The notes under the pieces: model-generated
What the model saw: the letters and a program-made list of their open reading frames with translations, nothing else
Told to the model about the DNA's origin: nothing
Databases searched by the model: none
In this document: positions 40,072 to 52,820 of the stretch, piece after piece
Numbering within the stretch: the first letter of the stretch is position 1
Layout: each line of letters opens with the position of its first letter
Assembly (NCBI GenBank): GCA_002256025.1
Contig: NKIB01011255.1
Location: 1 to 64,000 of the forward strand
Direction: 5' to 3'
Source: Asterionella formosa
Taxonomy: Eukaryota
Length of the DNA stretch: 64,000 nt
Program-made: the position numbers and the translations under genes

Positions 40072-42658
40072 CTATACTGACATTGCAGACGATTCCTCGT
40101 TGATCGCCGCCAACTCCGCCTCTGGTATTTGCATAAACTGGCTCGCCTTGAGGAGATCTTGATGTTGCTGATCCACTCTCGGTGGCAATGGAGGACAAGT
40201 AAGCACATCAATATGGTCAAACCGCCACAATCCCAAGCACGCTTCCGGTTCCTTCTCTTTTTGACCATTGGGAGTTTGAATCACAACAGCCAAATCCAAG
40301 GCAACTGACTTGATGTGCCGTTTGAGCATGGCAGAGATCCCTCGAATCGCAGAATTGGAAATGACATCAATCTCCATCTCCAAAATGGGCTGCAAGATAG
40401 TTCCATCACTGAGCGTTTCCATGCGATGTTTTTTCCACTTTGATGGAAGTGCCCGGGATGAAATTAACAGTTCCTTTTTCGGGGGCGCCATAATTCGGAC
40501 TGGTAGAGGGCCATCAACAAGACAAGGAAGAATCTTGAACCGTGCGTCACGATAGGCATCGTCACCCGAAAGAAAACGCTTAGTTGCCTTGACATCAGCT
40601 GGGTCGTCATCGTTTTCGACAATCTCATCAAAATCCGTAAACCAATCGGGCAATTGAAAATAAAGACAAACATTGGCCCATTGGACCAGAGCATTGACAA
40701 TTAACGTTGGCTTATCGCGCAAACCATGTTTCAACAAAAAAGGGTGTGAAGACATGTCCTCTTCGGCGGCGTCCGTCAAAAACAAATCCATACCGCGTAG
40801 CTTGAAGCAAGGATCGATGACATCATTCTCTAATGATTCTGCTGCCATTTCTTGGATTGGGATTTCTCCAAGAAGTTGCGCTGGAACGTGCCCGCTTTCT
40901 GTCAATTCAGTGTCATGTTCTTCAACTACTACATTCTTCAATTTTTTGCGATTCATGTCTGGATTTTTCAGCAATCGATTCATAAGGGGATCTGCCACGC
41001 GGACAAAGCCTCCTATTTCCCAAGGCTGTCGACATCGAGTGCCCTGTTCACCTAGGGTACTCCAGCCCTGACTCACACTTAAAAGAGGCAATAATGGTGG
41101 AAATTCCAAAGTCATTTTCTCCGTTGTCTTTTTCGGAAATACAACTTGGATTTGATGATAAGGTGCTGCAAAGTAGTAAAGCAGAGTGTAACCTTCCTTG
41201 GTTGGGGCAGGTTTCTTAACCTCGAACAAGATTTCGTGGGGCACGTCACGCTGCGTCGCTCCCATGCTGAGCACGCTCATTGTCGCGTCCGATTCTAGTC
41301 GCGTCTTCCCTGAATCCGGTGCGGCTCGCATTCCTAAAATCCGACCCATTTCAATTCCTACTGTGAAAGCCAAAAGCAACCAAGAAACGTGAACCGAAGT
41401 AGGAATGTGACCTTGAACAACAAGTGAATAGTAACGAAAAGTGGGAATCGAAAAAATCGACACCAATACGGCGACAGCTATTGTTGTATCATGTAAAAGG
41501 AACTCGAGAGTAGGGCTCATTTCAATCTTCCAAATTTTATGGTCGCAAACATGTACCTCTATCTGCGGAACAGGCACTTCAACTGATGTGGGAGGTTCAC
41601 AATATTCTTCCAGCTCACGCTTCTTGTTTCTTCGCAACTTTCCAATTCCATTTCTGGCTGTTTGATTGATCCATCGAAAGTGATGTGAAGTGTTCTATTT
41701 GTGGATTGTAGTGGTGAGTTGAATGATGTATAAATACAAATATGTGATTAAAAAATTCTCGAAATAAACTCACTGTTCTCACGCTGGTTGCATTTGTAGA
41801 CTCTGAAATGTCAGAGGATGAATGAAGATTCGATCGATCCTCCGCCGAGGCGTCAGTGTTGCAAGATGAAATTTTACTTTTGGGTACCATGTTGGAAAAT
41901 CCCTTTTTGAAATTTTCGATTGGTGCCACTATTGCCTTGGTGGTTCGAGCAGCGGCTTTGTGTAGCGAGCTATCGGTTCCTACTTGTGGATAAATTCTAA
42001 TGTCTTCCTCCAGAGGGCTTTTCCCCTCCGGATCACTGTTTTCCAATTTTTCGCACGGTTCAACCTTCTCGCACAAGACCTTGGCTTTCTGATCCATGTC
42101 AATTTCATCAGTATCCTGAGTAATCTTGCTTCCTGTTACCTGCTCGTTTGCCTCCACATTTCCCTCCACAACGTCACAATCGGCTATTCCTAGACTCTCG
42201 CCCTTCTTGATTCCTCCCTTGCGTTTGGAAATATGATCTCTTATGCGTGATAACCGACTTCCATTACTATGCGATGATTCATCAGTCTTATTGACCCTTC
42301 GTTCCCTTCTTGTTTCGGCGGTTACTCCTGTAACTCCTTCGTAAACGCCAGAAGCCACATCCTTGACGGCGACAGCGGTTCCCTTCATTAGTTTCTTGGT
42401 AGTTGATCCTGCCTTTTGGACAGGTTTGGTAATAAGCTTAAAAATAAATAAATTCATAAAATGCTTGTTAGTGAAAACAAATGAATTTGGCATAGTAATG
42501 TCCGTAATGACCTTCGCTGAACGCACCTTAGAGGCATCTGTCAGTTTGCGTGTAATGTTACTATTGTCTTTTTCAGACTCGTTAATTTTCTTGTACTTGT
42601 GGTGGTGATCCTGCTGATCAATCTTAGGAGGTTCATCCATTCCCGGCGTCTCGTCCAT
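40072..42658 (-). CDS. EDR2 C-terminal (DUF1336) domain protein with long charged N-terminus and hydrophobic segments, 3 exons
   Basis: Exons 42658-42527, 42436-41774, 41694-40072; RFKILPCLVDGP..LEMEIDV..ALDLAVVIQ..EPEACLG..RF. Confidence 0.82.
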
Positions 42659-43059
42659 CGTGATACGGTTTTCGGTTCTGAGTTTGTGTTGACTTAAAGG
42701 ATTTTTTATCGGCTGCTTATGTGGTATACCATGAAATTTCAAAGCAGAACAATTATGTGAATCTTCGTCCTTTTCTAAGATAATTGATGACGACGACGGA
42801 CCAGAGTCGTCACATGAAGCACCTTTGTTGTTGCGGATACATAGGACTTTTGATCCCCTATGTCACCAACGGGAACGTCATGTACTTATTTTTGCTTTAA
42901 GAAGCGATTATTTTAGATGCTCGACTTTATAGTATGTATAGTCGACTAATTTAGCAGTTGTTTATGCCCCTTGTCTTGAGGGCTGCACCTGATAAGATAC
43001 TATTTAGAGACAAATTTGCCTCCTGCTATTAATTAATGTTGCTGCCCCTCAGATACAAA

Positions 43060-44490
43060 TTGCGAGGTCTGCATTTTACCAAAATATTAATATGATGTAC
43101 CTTAATCAGTACATTACGTCCAACTAAATAAAATAGTTAAAGGTTATCTTAGCTTTCACCAATACCTCCACTTTGCATACGCTTAGGTACAGTCATTGGT
43201 CGACTTGAGGGAACCTGGTATATAAGATAGGGTAAGGTCCTCATTTCTGGAGAGAAGTGGCAGTTTTCATTTTTGGAATCGTAACTATCCCAAAAATAGT
43301 CAAAAAAGGGGCTGCAAAGCATTCTAAAAATCAACAATAAATAACTGCCACTTCTCTCCAGAAGTTAACACCTGATGTTATCACTTAACTCCTGAAATTA
43401 TCACGGCAAAAAATTCTAATCTTCATGAAAGCAACCCCACAGGAGATGTAGAGCAATGCTCCTCAAAAAATGTCGACCTGATTGGCTTTCTCAACGGTTG
43501 CCAAAATATTGGAATCGAATTTGTACAAGCGAAATGTAATCTTGCCTAGATATGATGTTTGCCTGCAGAATTCTCTGTGACAAGACTTCATGGTAGCTAA
43601 GTTCCGTTCCCGCATCGCTACACATATTCTAATTGGTTGAATTGAATTTACTCGCCTATTCCAAATTGGCTGGAGTCTACCAATCTTGTAAAATCACGCC
43701 AGCCACACTTGAACCAGTACTACTGGTAGTGGTAGTTTTTCCGTCATCATGAACCAAGATTACATAATACGTATGTGCTGATTTGCTGTTATATATGTAA
43801 AAAGTTAGTATGTTTTATAGCCCATTCATACTCCACTATTTCAAGGCAAGTATTTCATTGTGCTACCTGCCGACAAGCAAGACCTGTGCCTCCCTAGTTT
43901 TGTCAGTGTAGGTGAGTCCCCAACCACCTTTCACGAAAGGTGATTGTCTTAGCCGCAGCGTTAGGGGAAATTCCGACCGCCTAGGAAGGCGGCACAAGCT
44001 GCTTGTAGGGGGGCAACCCACTATTTCTTGCACACCAGGCAAGACTGTGCGGGACAGTAAGAAATGTGGGAGTTGAACCCAACAATTGCTTCTCAAAAAG
44101 ATTGCGGGAATCGAACCTCACAACCTCAGATCAAAGGCAACGTGCTAAACCACTAAGCCATTCCCTATTTACGGGTATATATATATGCCTGTGGGCATAG
44201 AGAAATATTAAATCTACATCCCGCAACATAGATCCAATATCAAGATGTAAATATATATATCATTTCTTTTGCTTGAACAAGACCCATCATTTTACATACC
44301 AGCATATGACTGATGTATATATGTGTTTTGGCGTGAAGTAATATCATATCTACATTCACGAATGAAGATATAATAAAAATGTCTAAATATCATTTTTTGA
44401 AATGGAACTCTATCAATCTGTTGCCGACTACTATTCAATATAAATATTCGAATGTGCACTCGAATCATGGTAATTCACAGAAACAAACTC
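43060..44490 (-). repeat. Repeat family B partial copy carrying a nested SINE
   Basis: 43060-43770 and 44190-44490 match 17340-18300 in reverse orientation. Confidence 0.75.
43797..44166 (-). mobile_element. tRNA-derived SINE-like element, copy 2, inserted in repeat family B
   Basis: A box TGGCTTAGTGG, B box GGTTCGATTCC; interrupts a repeat that is continuous at about 17.6 kb and 1.15 kb. Confidence 0.75.
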
Positions 44491-46913
44491 CCTGTTAAAT
44501 GCCAATTTTGAACACAGAATAACACGTTTTGCTATCAAAAATTACGTAGATCTAAGTTCTGAGAGTTCTGGCTCCTTCCTGAGCATGTAAGCTAGTCAGC
44601 TATGTTACTAGTTTGAGACTTGGAGCAAGTTGTTCATCTTGATAGATCGCCTGAAATGGTCAATCGACCAAAAAACCATGAAGAGCACGGATTAGGGTAA
44701 GTTTAGAAGTGTCTATGCCATATGAAATACAATGATCAAGATAACATTTTCAATATTGATTTGAAACTTAACCTCATACTATGCGACAATTTATATCTTG
44801 TCTTGGTATTGACTTCTATGGAGACGGCAAATTATTTAGGTATGAACATGCGTCATGTATGGTTATGGGTAGTATACCAAGCAAGTAGGGTGTACGTAAC
44901 AGGTTTTCACAAGATGTTTATTAACACGCATGACAATTGCTTTAACACATGGCCTAATCCGTGATCAAAAATTTATATACATTTATCTAGAAAAAAGTAT
45001 ACACTGCCGGGACCCATTGAAATCACTTTTTAGTTGTTTTATAATCATCGTAGCATCTGATGAAATCGTTCAATGAGAATTTTAACAAGACAGCTTGACT
45101 GCCCCAAAAATGCTTGATGGACAATAATAAAATTAAAATATTGCTTAGGGTTGCCGAAATTCCCTGGAACTAAGAACTTTTATGAGCTATTTTTTAAAAA
45201 CATAATTCCACTTGAAATATTCAAATCAGTGGAAATTTGCATGTACATGCATAGATTCCTTCTCTAATTTGCTAAATATATAGATATTATATGTATACTG
45301 GTATACACTCTATACACCAATTGACCATTTTTGTGTCACATGACCGGGCGGCTTGGCAAATATTTGAAAGTGCACTCTAGGAGTGGTAGGCATATGTCAA
45401 ATGATAATCATCTACTGGTACCCATAGTGAATAGTATGGTACTGGTGTACCAGCGATCACCCAAGAAAATCTTACATGTGTGGCCGGTTAGGGTTTGCAA
45501 AAAAAGACCTCACAAACCAGGCCAATCAAAAATCGGTAAGTAATTGAACTTGACCAATAAAAATATTTATTGTGAAGCGGGCACTTGCAATGGCATTTTT
45601 GTCAGAAGACTGTATCTAAGCATATGGAAAGGGTGTAAATTGGGGAAAGGGTGTAAATTGGTGAAAGCTCTGTTTCTTAGTGATATACATTTACATTTTA
45701 CTTGTAAGAAGTTGTGTTCGACTACTCTGACTTCATATTTTTTTTTGTAACCCACCTCTTGCTTATCTAGGGTTGAAATGCAGGAACCTTACTTACTACA
45801 GGTAAGCAGGTTCTCCGAGTGTGGTACCAGGGGGGTACCAGGGACCTGATACCTGGTCTAGGTACCAGTTGACAATCAGGGAACAAGAAGGGAAGGATGC
45901 TGATATACCCCGGTATTCGGTGGCACTATCATACAGGCATTTGGTCTATCCACGGCCTGTTGTGTACCGAGTAATAGGTACCCTTGGAAGGTCGGAAATC
46001 GAGATATTTAGCTTCATCTTTTGTTTTTGTTAAGTAAAACCGTGTTTTACCGGACCTTCCCTGTAGCTTGCACAAGGTACTGGTACCTGGTAGTCTATGT
46101 AGAGTTTAATATGTATTCCAGCGTACCACCAGTACCAGCATCGGTACTCCTATCTTATACATCTTCAACTAATTAGAGTAACTACCTGGTACCTGGTACC
46201 TGGTACCAGATACCAGATACCTGACCATCAGGTATCATTCTACTGGTGTGCATGATGCATGATGCTGACGAACTGATGCATCTCACTCCAACTCTGCTGC
46301 AGACAGACGCTTCCATGATGCCAGTTGATGGACGCTGGGGACCACAACAGGCATTTCAGCACGCATATCAAAGTAAATAGTCAAGGGTGAGTGAAACGTT
46401 GGATAATTCGACAAATACGGATTCATTGCCTGCATTACTCCAAGGATAACGTTCTTGCTTAAGTGTGTTAGGACCTGGAGGAAAAGAGGGGCGAGAACAA
46501 AGTGCATTCAGTACTCGTTTCTTCCATTGATTGCGAGCCTCAGAAACGAGGTCAGCATCAGGGTTCCTAATCCTTGTACTGGCGCTCTACACAAGCGTTA
46601 GTACTCCTCTACGCAACCTTGAGCCCCTTGTATATATGCCCTGCACAGCTATAGTAGGTATCTTTGTGGTCGATTCCTTTCACAGGTGGTTCTGCAGTTG
46701 TCGTTAACATGGATCGCATTCGTTTGCAACAACTTATCTAACCTACAATCATTCTGCTTCTCCTTCCCGGTTGGTGTCTGCGATTTTTCAATGAGGGCAG
46801 TGTGGCGAGGCTCTATTATAGAACAAGGAAAGGCTGGATAGACTCGTACATTTCGACTTCGCAAAGATCACGTTCAAACACAAACACACTCACACATTTA
46901 GCATACAAGGACC

Positions 46914-49900
46914 ATGAGTTCACAACAACCCAGCGGAGCCTCACTGCCTCGTCTAGGTCCGACCTGGAGAGGCAATCAAGGCGGCCGTGGCTTTCAGCCA
47001 CCACCTCCAGCAGAAAATCGACGATCAAGGTCAGAATCGTATTCGTCGGCTGGATCTGGAGATAGCTCCACCAACAAACCGAAAAATGTCAACAAATTTG
47101 CATTATTGGACGAAGATGAAGATATCATGATCAACGGTGATACTGAAGACTCTAAACGATTTACGCCAGTGGTGGTGCGATCATCTACCAAGGCTGGACG
47201 ATCGCTGGCTGATTTGGCAGCCAGAGCACCGGACGTGCCTCCAACGAAAGGAGTAAAGCCAGCAATTGCTCGGACCGAAAGCTACACCAAAGATGAGGCC
47301 AAGGTTATTCGAGTCACCAGAGAAAAGCTTTTGGCATTGCGCCCGAGACCTTTGCCCAATGCGGAACCACCGGCGTGCTTAAAACATTTGGAGGGAAGTG
47401 CTATCATATCAAAAGAACCACTAGATCCTGGTAAGTTAGCTGTTGTTGATGATTCGGTGCATCTGGACTCTATATTTTAAACCAGGTCGCTCTCATTGAT
47501 AAACCCGCATTATATAGTCTGCTGGGATTCCTTTGATGCGGATGAAATTTGGGCACAAGTTCCTCGGGACCGTCCGCGAGCGCCTGGTTTGGCGGCACCC
47601 AAAGGAACACCGGGGGCTCTGGCGGAGCAAGTGCCCGTTGCTCCCCCGAATCGTAGGTCATTATCAGTGACATCTATTGGAGGCGTTGGAAAGTGGGCAC
47701 GTGGAGTAGCCTTGCCTCCTCCCGAGGAAGGGGCCAATCGACGACGTCAAGATGCAGAGAATCCAAACGAGTTGTGGGATGATCCATTGGACTCGAACAA
47801 ACCAGCAGCAGACTTTAGTTCATTTGGGAATATGCCGGACGATCTGAAAGATGATGCTACTGACGCCTTTAACTTCGATAGAATGGCAGAGGCTACACTG
47901 GAATTCGAAGAAGAATTGCGTGGAGGAAATAACGGCGAAGCTGGAGAACAGAACGAGGAATTGGAAGTTAATGCTGCTCCAGTGGATGCGAGTCGACCTT
48001 TGGCGACGACGGGGACGACCATTCGATCTGGATCTGGCGACAATGTTAATGTTTTTGAAGACTTTGATGAACCCTGCAGTGAGTTACAACCCGAAGCTCC
48101 AGCAGTAAAGGCTGCTGACGAGAATCCGGATGCTAGTTCGCGTTTGATGCAAATGATTGGTGTCACTCCTTCAGCAGAACCCGAATTGGCTCCTCCTGTG
48201 GACGGAAGGAATCTCAATCCATGGGCTTCGTTGAGTGGACAGCAAGATCCCATTGTTCCTGCTGTTGAAGGTATTGCAGGGTTATCCAGGAATCCTTGGG
48301 GAGGGGCAGCTGCTGCGCCGCAAGCAGGTTCTGGCTTTGACCTTGTGGCACGACTGGAAGCTGTTGCTCAAGAGCAGCAAGCTCAGGAATCAATGCAAAT
48401 GCGTCAAGCACGAGAGCAAGAAATTCTTCGTCGTCGACAAGTAGAAGAAGAAGCACAGCGCCGCGCCATGGCACAAAAACAAGCAGAAGAACAAGCTCGC
48501 CAGCAACAAATGCAGGGCCCTTCGCAGGTCGAGCTCATTCTTATGGAGCGGATATCTCAAATCTTGGAAAACTCTTGGGGGAGGTCGGATCTCATTTCGG
48601 TTCTCTCTACTTTACACACAGAGGACTCACGAGTGATTCCGCTTCTTGGAAATGTGGATGCACTGAGATCTCTTGTAGCTCGTCATCCGCGTCGTGTCGC
48701 GCTACGACACGATCCTGCTTTTGGGTCCGAAATGGCAATCCTGCTCATGACCAACGTACAGTTCCAGCAATATCAACAGCAACAACAGGACGCTGAGAAT
48801 CGTTCACGTCGCGAGGAGATTCAACGTCTTGAACAGCAACGCCGGATGCAGACCATGCAAAAGAAGCAGAGCACACCATCTATTGACCCGAATGCTCCGT
48901 GGTATTACTCTGATCCTCAAGGAAATGTCCAGGGACCTTTTCGTGGCGACGAGATGCGACAATGGCTTGAAGCTGGTTACTTCAAGGGTGATTTGCCCAT
49001 AAGTCAGCAAACTACGGGACAATTCATCCCGCTTGCAAGCATCTTTCCTGATTTGTCAATTGCTTTCAGAACCCCGTCAGATGAAGCTACCGAAAACGCG
49101 GCAAAAGTCGAAGCCGAAAGGCGTGCGCAAGAAGAGGCGCAGCGACGAATGGTAGAAGCAAAGGCTGCAGCTGCTGCCACCGAACGAGAGCGTAGGGAGC
49201 AACAAGCGGCAGTCTCCGCCAAGGCTGCAGCTACGCAATCGAACAGTAATGGTAGCGATCAGAACGATTCTTCTGCTCAGTTGAAAATGATACTTGGTCT
49301 CGTCGGACAGGCTGCCGATAATGGTACCGACGAGGCTTACTCATCACAGCACGACCCCTTTTCTCAACAGAGGCCATCGTTGTCTGTGAAACCATCCAAC
49401 TCGAAGCAACCACGTGTTTTCACAAATGCGCCGGCTCCTTCTATGCCAGCTGCGAAGCCACCTGCTACAACTGTTGCACCTGCCTGGGGTGGTGCTTCGA
49501 TGGGTACTCCTCGCAAGAGCATGCCTGAGATACAACAAGAAGAGGCTCGTACTACTGCTTTTCTTGCCATGGAAAGGCAAACAACTGGTCGCTCTAACAA
49601 CAGCGGCTGGGCGAATGTTGCCGCTACTAGTGGCCAAGGATGGCAAAGTGGTGCACTCAAACAGCAGACTGCACGAGCCGTTGTGACTGGACCTAATACC
49701 TTTTCCCTACCTACAACGAATAGTTCTCGATCAATTCCGGTCCGTGCAAGTTCTGTTCCGGCAACCGGCGCACCTGCTCCACGTGGCGGTGCGCAACAAC
49801 AGCCAGCAGATGCCTTTGGCGCTACCATGAACCCTGCTCTTGAAGCTTGGTGCAAGGAACAAATGCGTAAACTGAATGGAAGCGATGACTTGACATTGGT

Positions 49901-50090
49901 TTCTTTTTGTATGACTTTGAATGACCCTGCTGAGATTCGACAGTACTTGACTGCTTACCTTGGTTCGACGCCACAAATCAATAATTTTGCTACTGAATTT
50001 ATCAATCGAAAAGGAGGTGGCAAGGCAAGGACAGAAGAATGGGAGACGACAGTGAAACCAAAGAAAACCAAAAAGGTAATGAAGAAGTGA
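46914..50090 (+). CDS. GYF-domain protein, GIGYF/Smy2/EXA1-like translational regulator, 2 exons
   Basis: Exons 46914-47430, 47518-50090; WYYSDPQGNVQGPFRGDEMRQWLEAGYF; Q/E-rich coiled coils; C-terminal WC..L..F..EI..YLG..FA.EF domain. Confidence 0.9.
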
Positions 50091-50548
50091 ACCAAAATCG
50101 AGAGAGTGCACAATGCAAACGTTGAGAATGTGCCTTTTCCACGTACTAATAAAACATGCGTGGGACAGAGGGTTATATTACATGTACTCTAGTTGGTAGT
50201 TTGCTAAATGGACGTTTCGAATTTTCAGAGTGTGCCAGACTATGTGTACGCACACTTATAATTCCACACAGCAAACATCCTTCAACACCATTCGGTTCCT
50301 CCCGAATTCCACCAAGGTATCTCGTTATTTCTCCTATCGTATGGGTTACTTGAGTAGGAAATGTTCATGAAGGGTCTATGTTGCAGATGATTTCTCAATT
50401 ACATTTTTGTCGACTTATGTGAAGAAGGTTGCTTCGCCTACTGTTACATTCATTCTCTCCCCCCCCCTCATCACTTTCACTTGGTATGATAGCTGAAAGC
50501 CAAGCCTTGGTCACTATTATTTTACGATTTGTCAGAGTAGCATGTATT

Positions 50549-51016
50549 CTACTTCCCATTGTTTCCCGCCCCATGGGTATCTGCTGCTATCTTGACGGCG
50601 TAATCTGTGCGAGATGCTGTCACAAATGAATATTCCCTCCAGGATTTCAAGCCTTCCAGTTCCTCCATGCGCAGGACTAAATCCAAGTCCAGATCGTCTC
50701 GCCCCTTTTGTGGAACACATTCAAAACAAATCAAATGGTGTGTAAATGTAGTTGGAATTGATGGAAGAGGAATTTCCCTCATGGCAATCCACATAAGTTG
50801 ATTCAGTGGCCATTCTTTCTCACATGATCCACAACATAACTTTTGTCGTCGTGAACGTCGTACTGTTGCTTTTACTTTTTTGGGCGCACACGGTTTGACC
50901 CCCACAGGAAGTTTCCTCTTGATTGGTACCGATTTCGATGCTATTGATGCCATCAGTAGTGGTGAATCTGAATTTGAATTTCCAGGAACGCTATTAGGAT
51001 TTACAGTTGCTGTCAT
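50549..51016 (-). CDS. Small hypothetical protein with putative CxxC...CxxC zinc-binding motif and basic patch
   Basis: 155-aa ATG ORF in gene-like composition; CGSC and CFEC; KKVKATVRRSRRQK. Confidence 0.55.
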   Translation of the reverse strand: MTATVNPNSVPGNSNSDSPLLMASIASKSVPIKRKLPVGVKPCAPKKVKATVRRSRRQKLCCGSCEKEWPLNQLMWIAMREIPLPSIPTTFTHHLICFECVPQKGRDDLDLDLVLRMEELEGLKSWREYSFVTASRTDYAVKIAADTHGAGNNGK

Positions 51017-51939
51017 TTCGGTATTTGTTCCATACGCGTGTTGCGGAGTGAATTCTTCCAGGAGTAATGGTTCTTATCGGCTCCTCAACTGTTGTTTGTT
51101 TTCGCGATGTTAGCAATGCTATTCCATGGATCTAAATACACTTGGAAAAAATCTGAATAGTTTACTGTTGTTTAAGTTTAGAAATTATAAGACAACTACC
51201 GTACGGAATGCTATAGGAATAAGATTTGGAGAAAAGGGCAGTCAACAGAAGCAAAGAAGAAAGAATCACGTGACGACGACAACGGAAAAATAGAATGACT
51301 GACCATAATACCAAGCAATGACAATTTTTGACTGGGAAATGACGTCAGGCAGTAGATTCCTCGTGAGCCAATCGATAATCTCACATGTACCGGTACTTTT
51401 AGTACCACTGCCGGTACTCTTTCCTCGTGGCTGAAGGAGCATGGATACCGAAAAAAGAGTTTCATGTGACCCACCATGGGCCAACGCCCTGACGGGTAGC
51501 GTACTGGTCAAGACTGGGGCTGCATACAGGTTTTTAGTGGCTGAAAGCCTCACACTACTTTGCCCAGATGATAGGGGTGGAGTGCCTCACCAGACGCCAT
51601 GAAAGTTAAGGATGATGGGGTACCTCAAGACCACTCCTGAACAAGCAAGTGAATTGGTGAGAGAAGTTAGAATCCTCCCATGATGCCTCCCAAGCACCCT
51701 GCACAGTAAGGGCAGGTGGGCAAAGCGGCCAGATTGGTTTTCTCCTGGTGCCTTGGAACAGCCAAATTACTGGTAACACAGGAGGCAGGCTGCAGAGGAG
51801 GACAAAAATAAAGCAAACCTGAAAGCAAGGAGGAGAATGAAAATGAAAGGAAATTACTACCCATCAATTTGCTTGCAGATGACTGGATGTTCCTGGAGGG
51901 CACCTGGCATGCATGGTCTACTTGGAGTAAGAGTGAGTA

Positions 51940-52820
51940 CTAGCAAGTTGCAATAATATTGCGGAACGGAAAAGGTGACACAGGACAGGCACTCGAAAAG
52001 AATAAATAGAGAATGTCATCAATTTTCATTTTGAATCGACAGTATCATGACTTGTTGTTAGTGATGTCATTGGTTTGATGCTAATTATTTCATCCACATG
52101 CGGAAATATCCAAGCAAGGCAAATGGCTGAAAAAAAGGAAATGATAATGACCAGGACAAAAGAGGGGCGGCCCAAAGCAAAAGTAAGAAGGTCTTGCTTT
52201 GCTTACCATTACTCTGCTTTATTCTCTCCAAACTCAAAAATGTTCTCCTTTCCTGGCCGAAGTGATGAAAACAACAAAAAATGAACGGTTCTACATCCAT
52301 TAGGATTTGAATATTCATATGCTAGCATCATCATACATAACAACTAGTGGTAACCTATATAACTATTATACCATACACTAAATGCATGCTGGCTGGACTC
52401 ATGCTGCTCAGGGTACCCAAGGTAGTAGCACTTGTAAGCGCTTGTATATAATTGTTTAGCTTACATTTTTCGATTCTTTTTTCTTGTATAATATAAATAC
52501 CCCAGGTACAACACTTAGGAGTACAGTGTAGTCATCGTGAGTGGCTGGAGAATGCATGGTGCATCCTGTCATCTCAGCCTTGACCATAACGAAAATAACA
52601 AGCAAGTATCTCCATGAAAAATGAGAACAACGCTTTGCTATTTGGTAGATATATTAAGCGCGATATGAATGAAAAATGCAATCGTAAAAGAATAGTTGTA
52701 AAATCACTAATATTGACAACAAAAATTGAAATAGCCGATGGTGCATTTTAAATGAAATTTATAGACTCAAAATTCAAAACAAGAATGTTATGAGCAGATT
52801 TGATACGTTCGCAGGAGCTG
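51940..52820 (+). repeat. Repeat families E+D; E copies also at 10280-10710 (+) and 29590-30145 (-); D copies at 335-610 (+), 37280-37560 (+), 19030-19125 (-)
   Basis: Shared strings such as CAGGACAGGCACT, CTCTCCAAACTCAAAA, GGCTGGAGAAT..TTGACCAT.A.GAAAATA, GAAAATTGAA...GCCGATGG. Confidence 0.75.

Noticed and set aside
47510..50111. Long antisense ORFs over the GYF gene (likewise 59874-60878 over DDM1 and others over kinases and bestrophins)
   Set aside because: Shadow frames of real CDSs with no recognisable motifs
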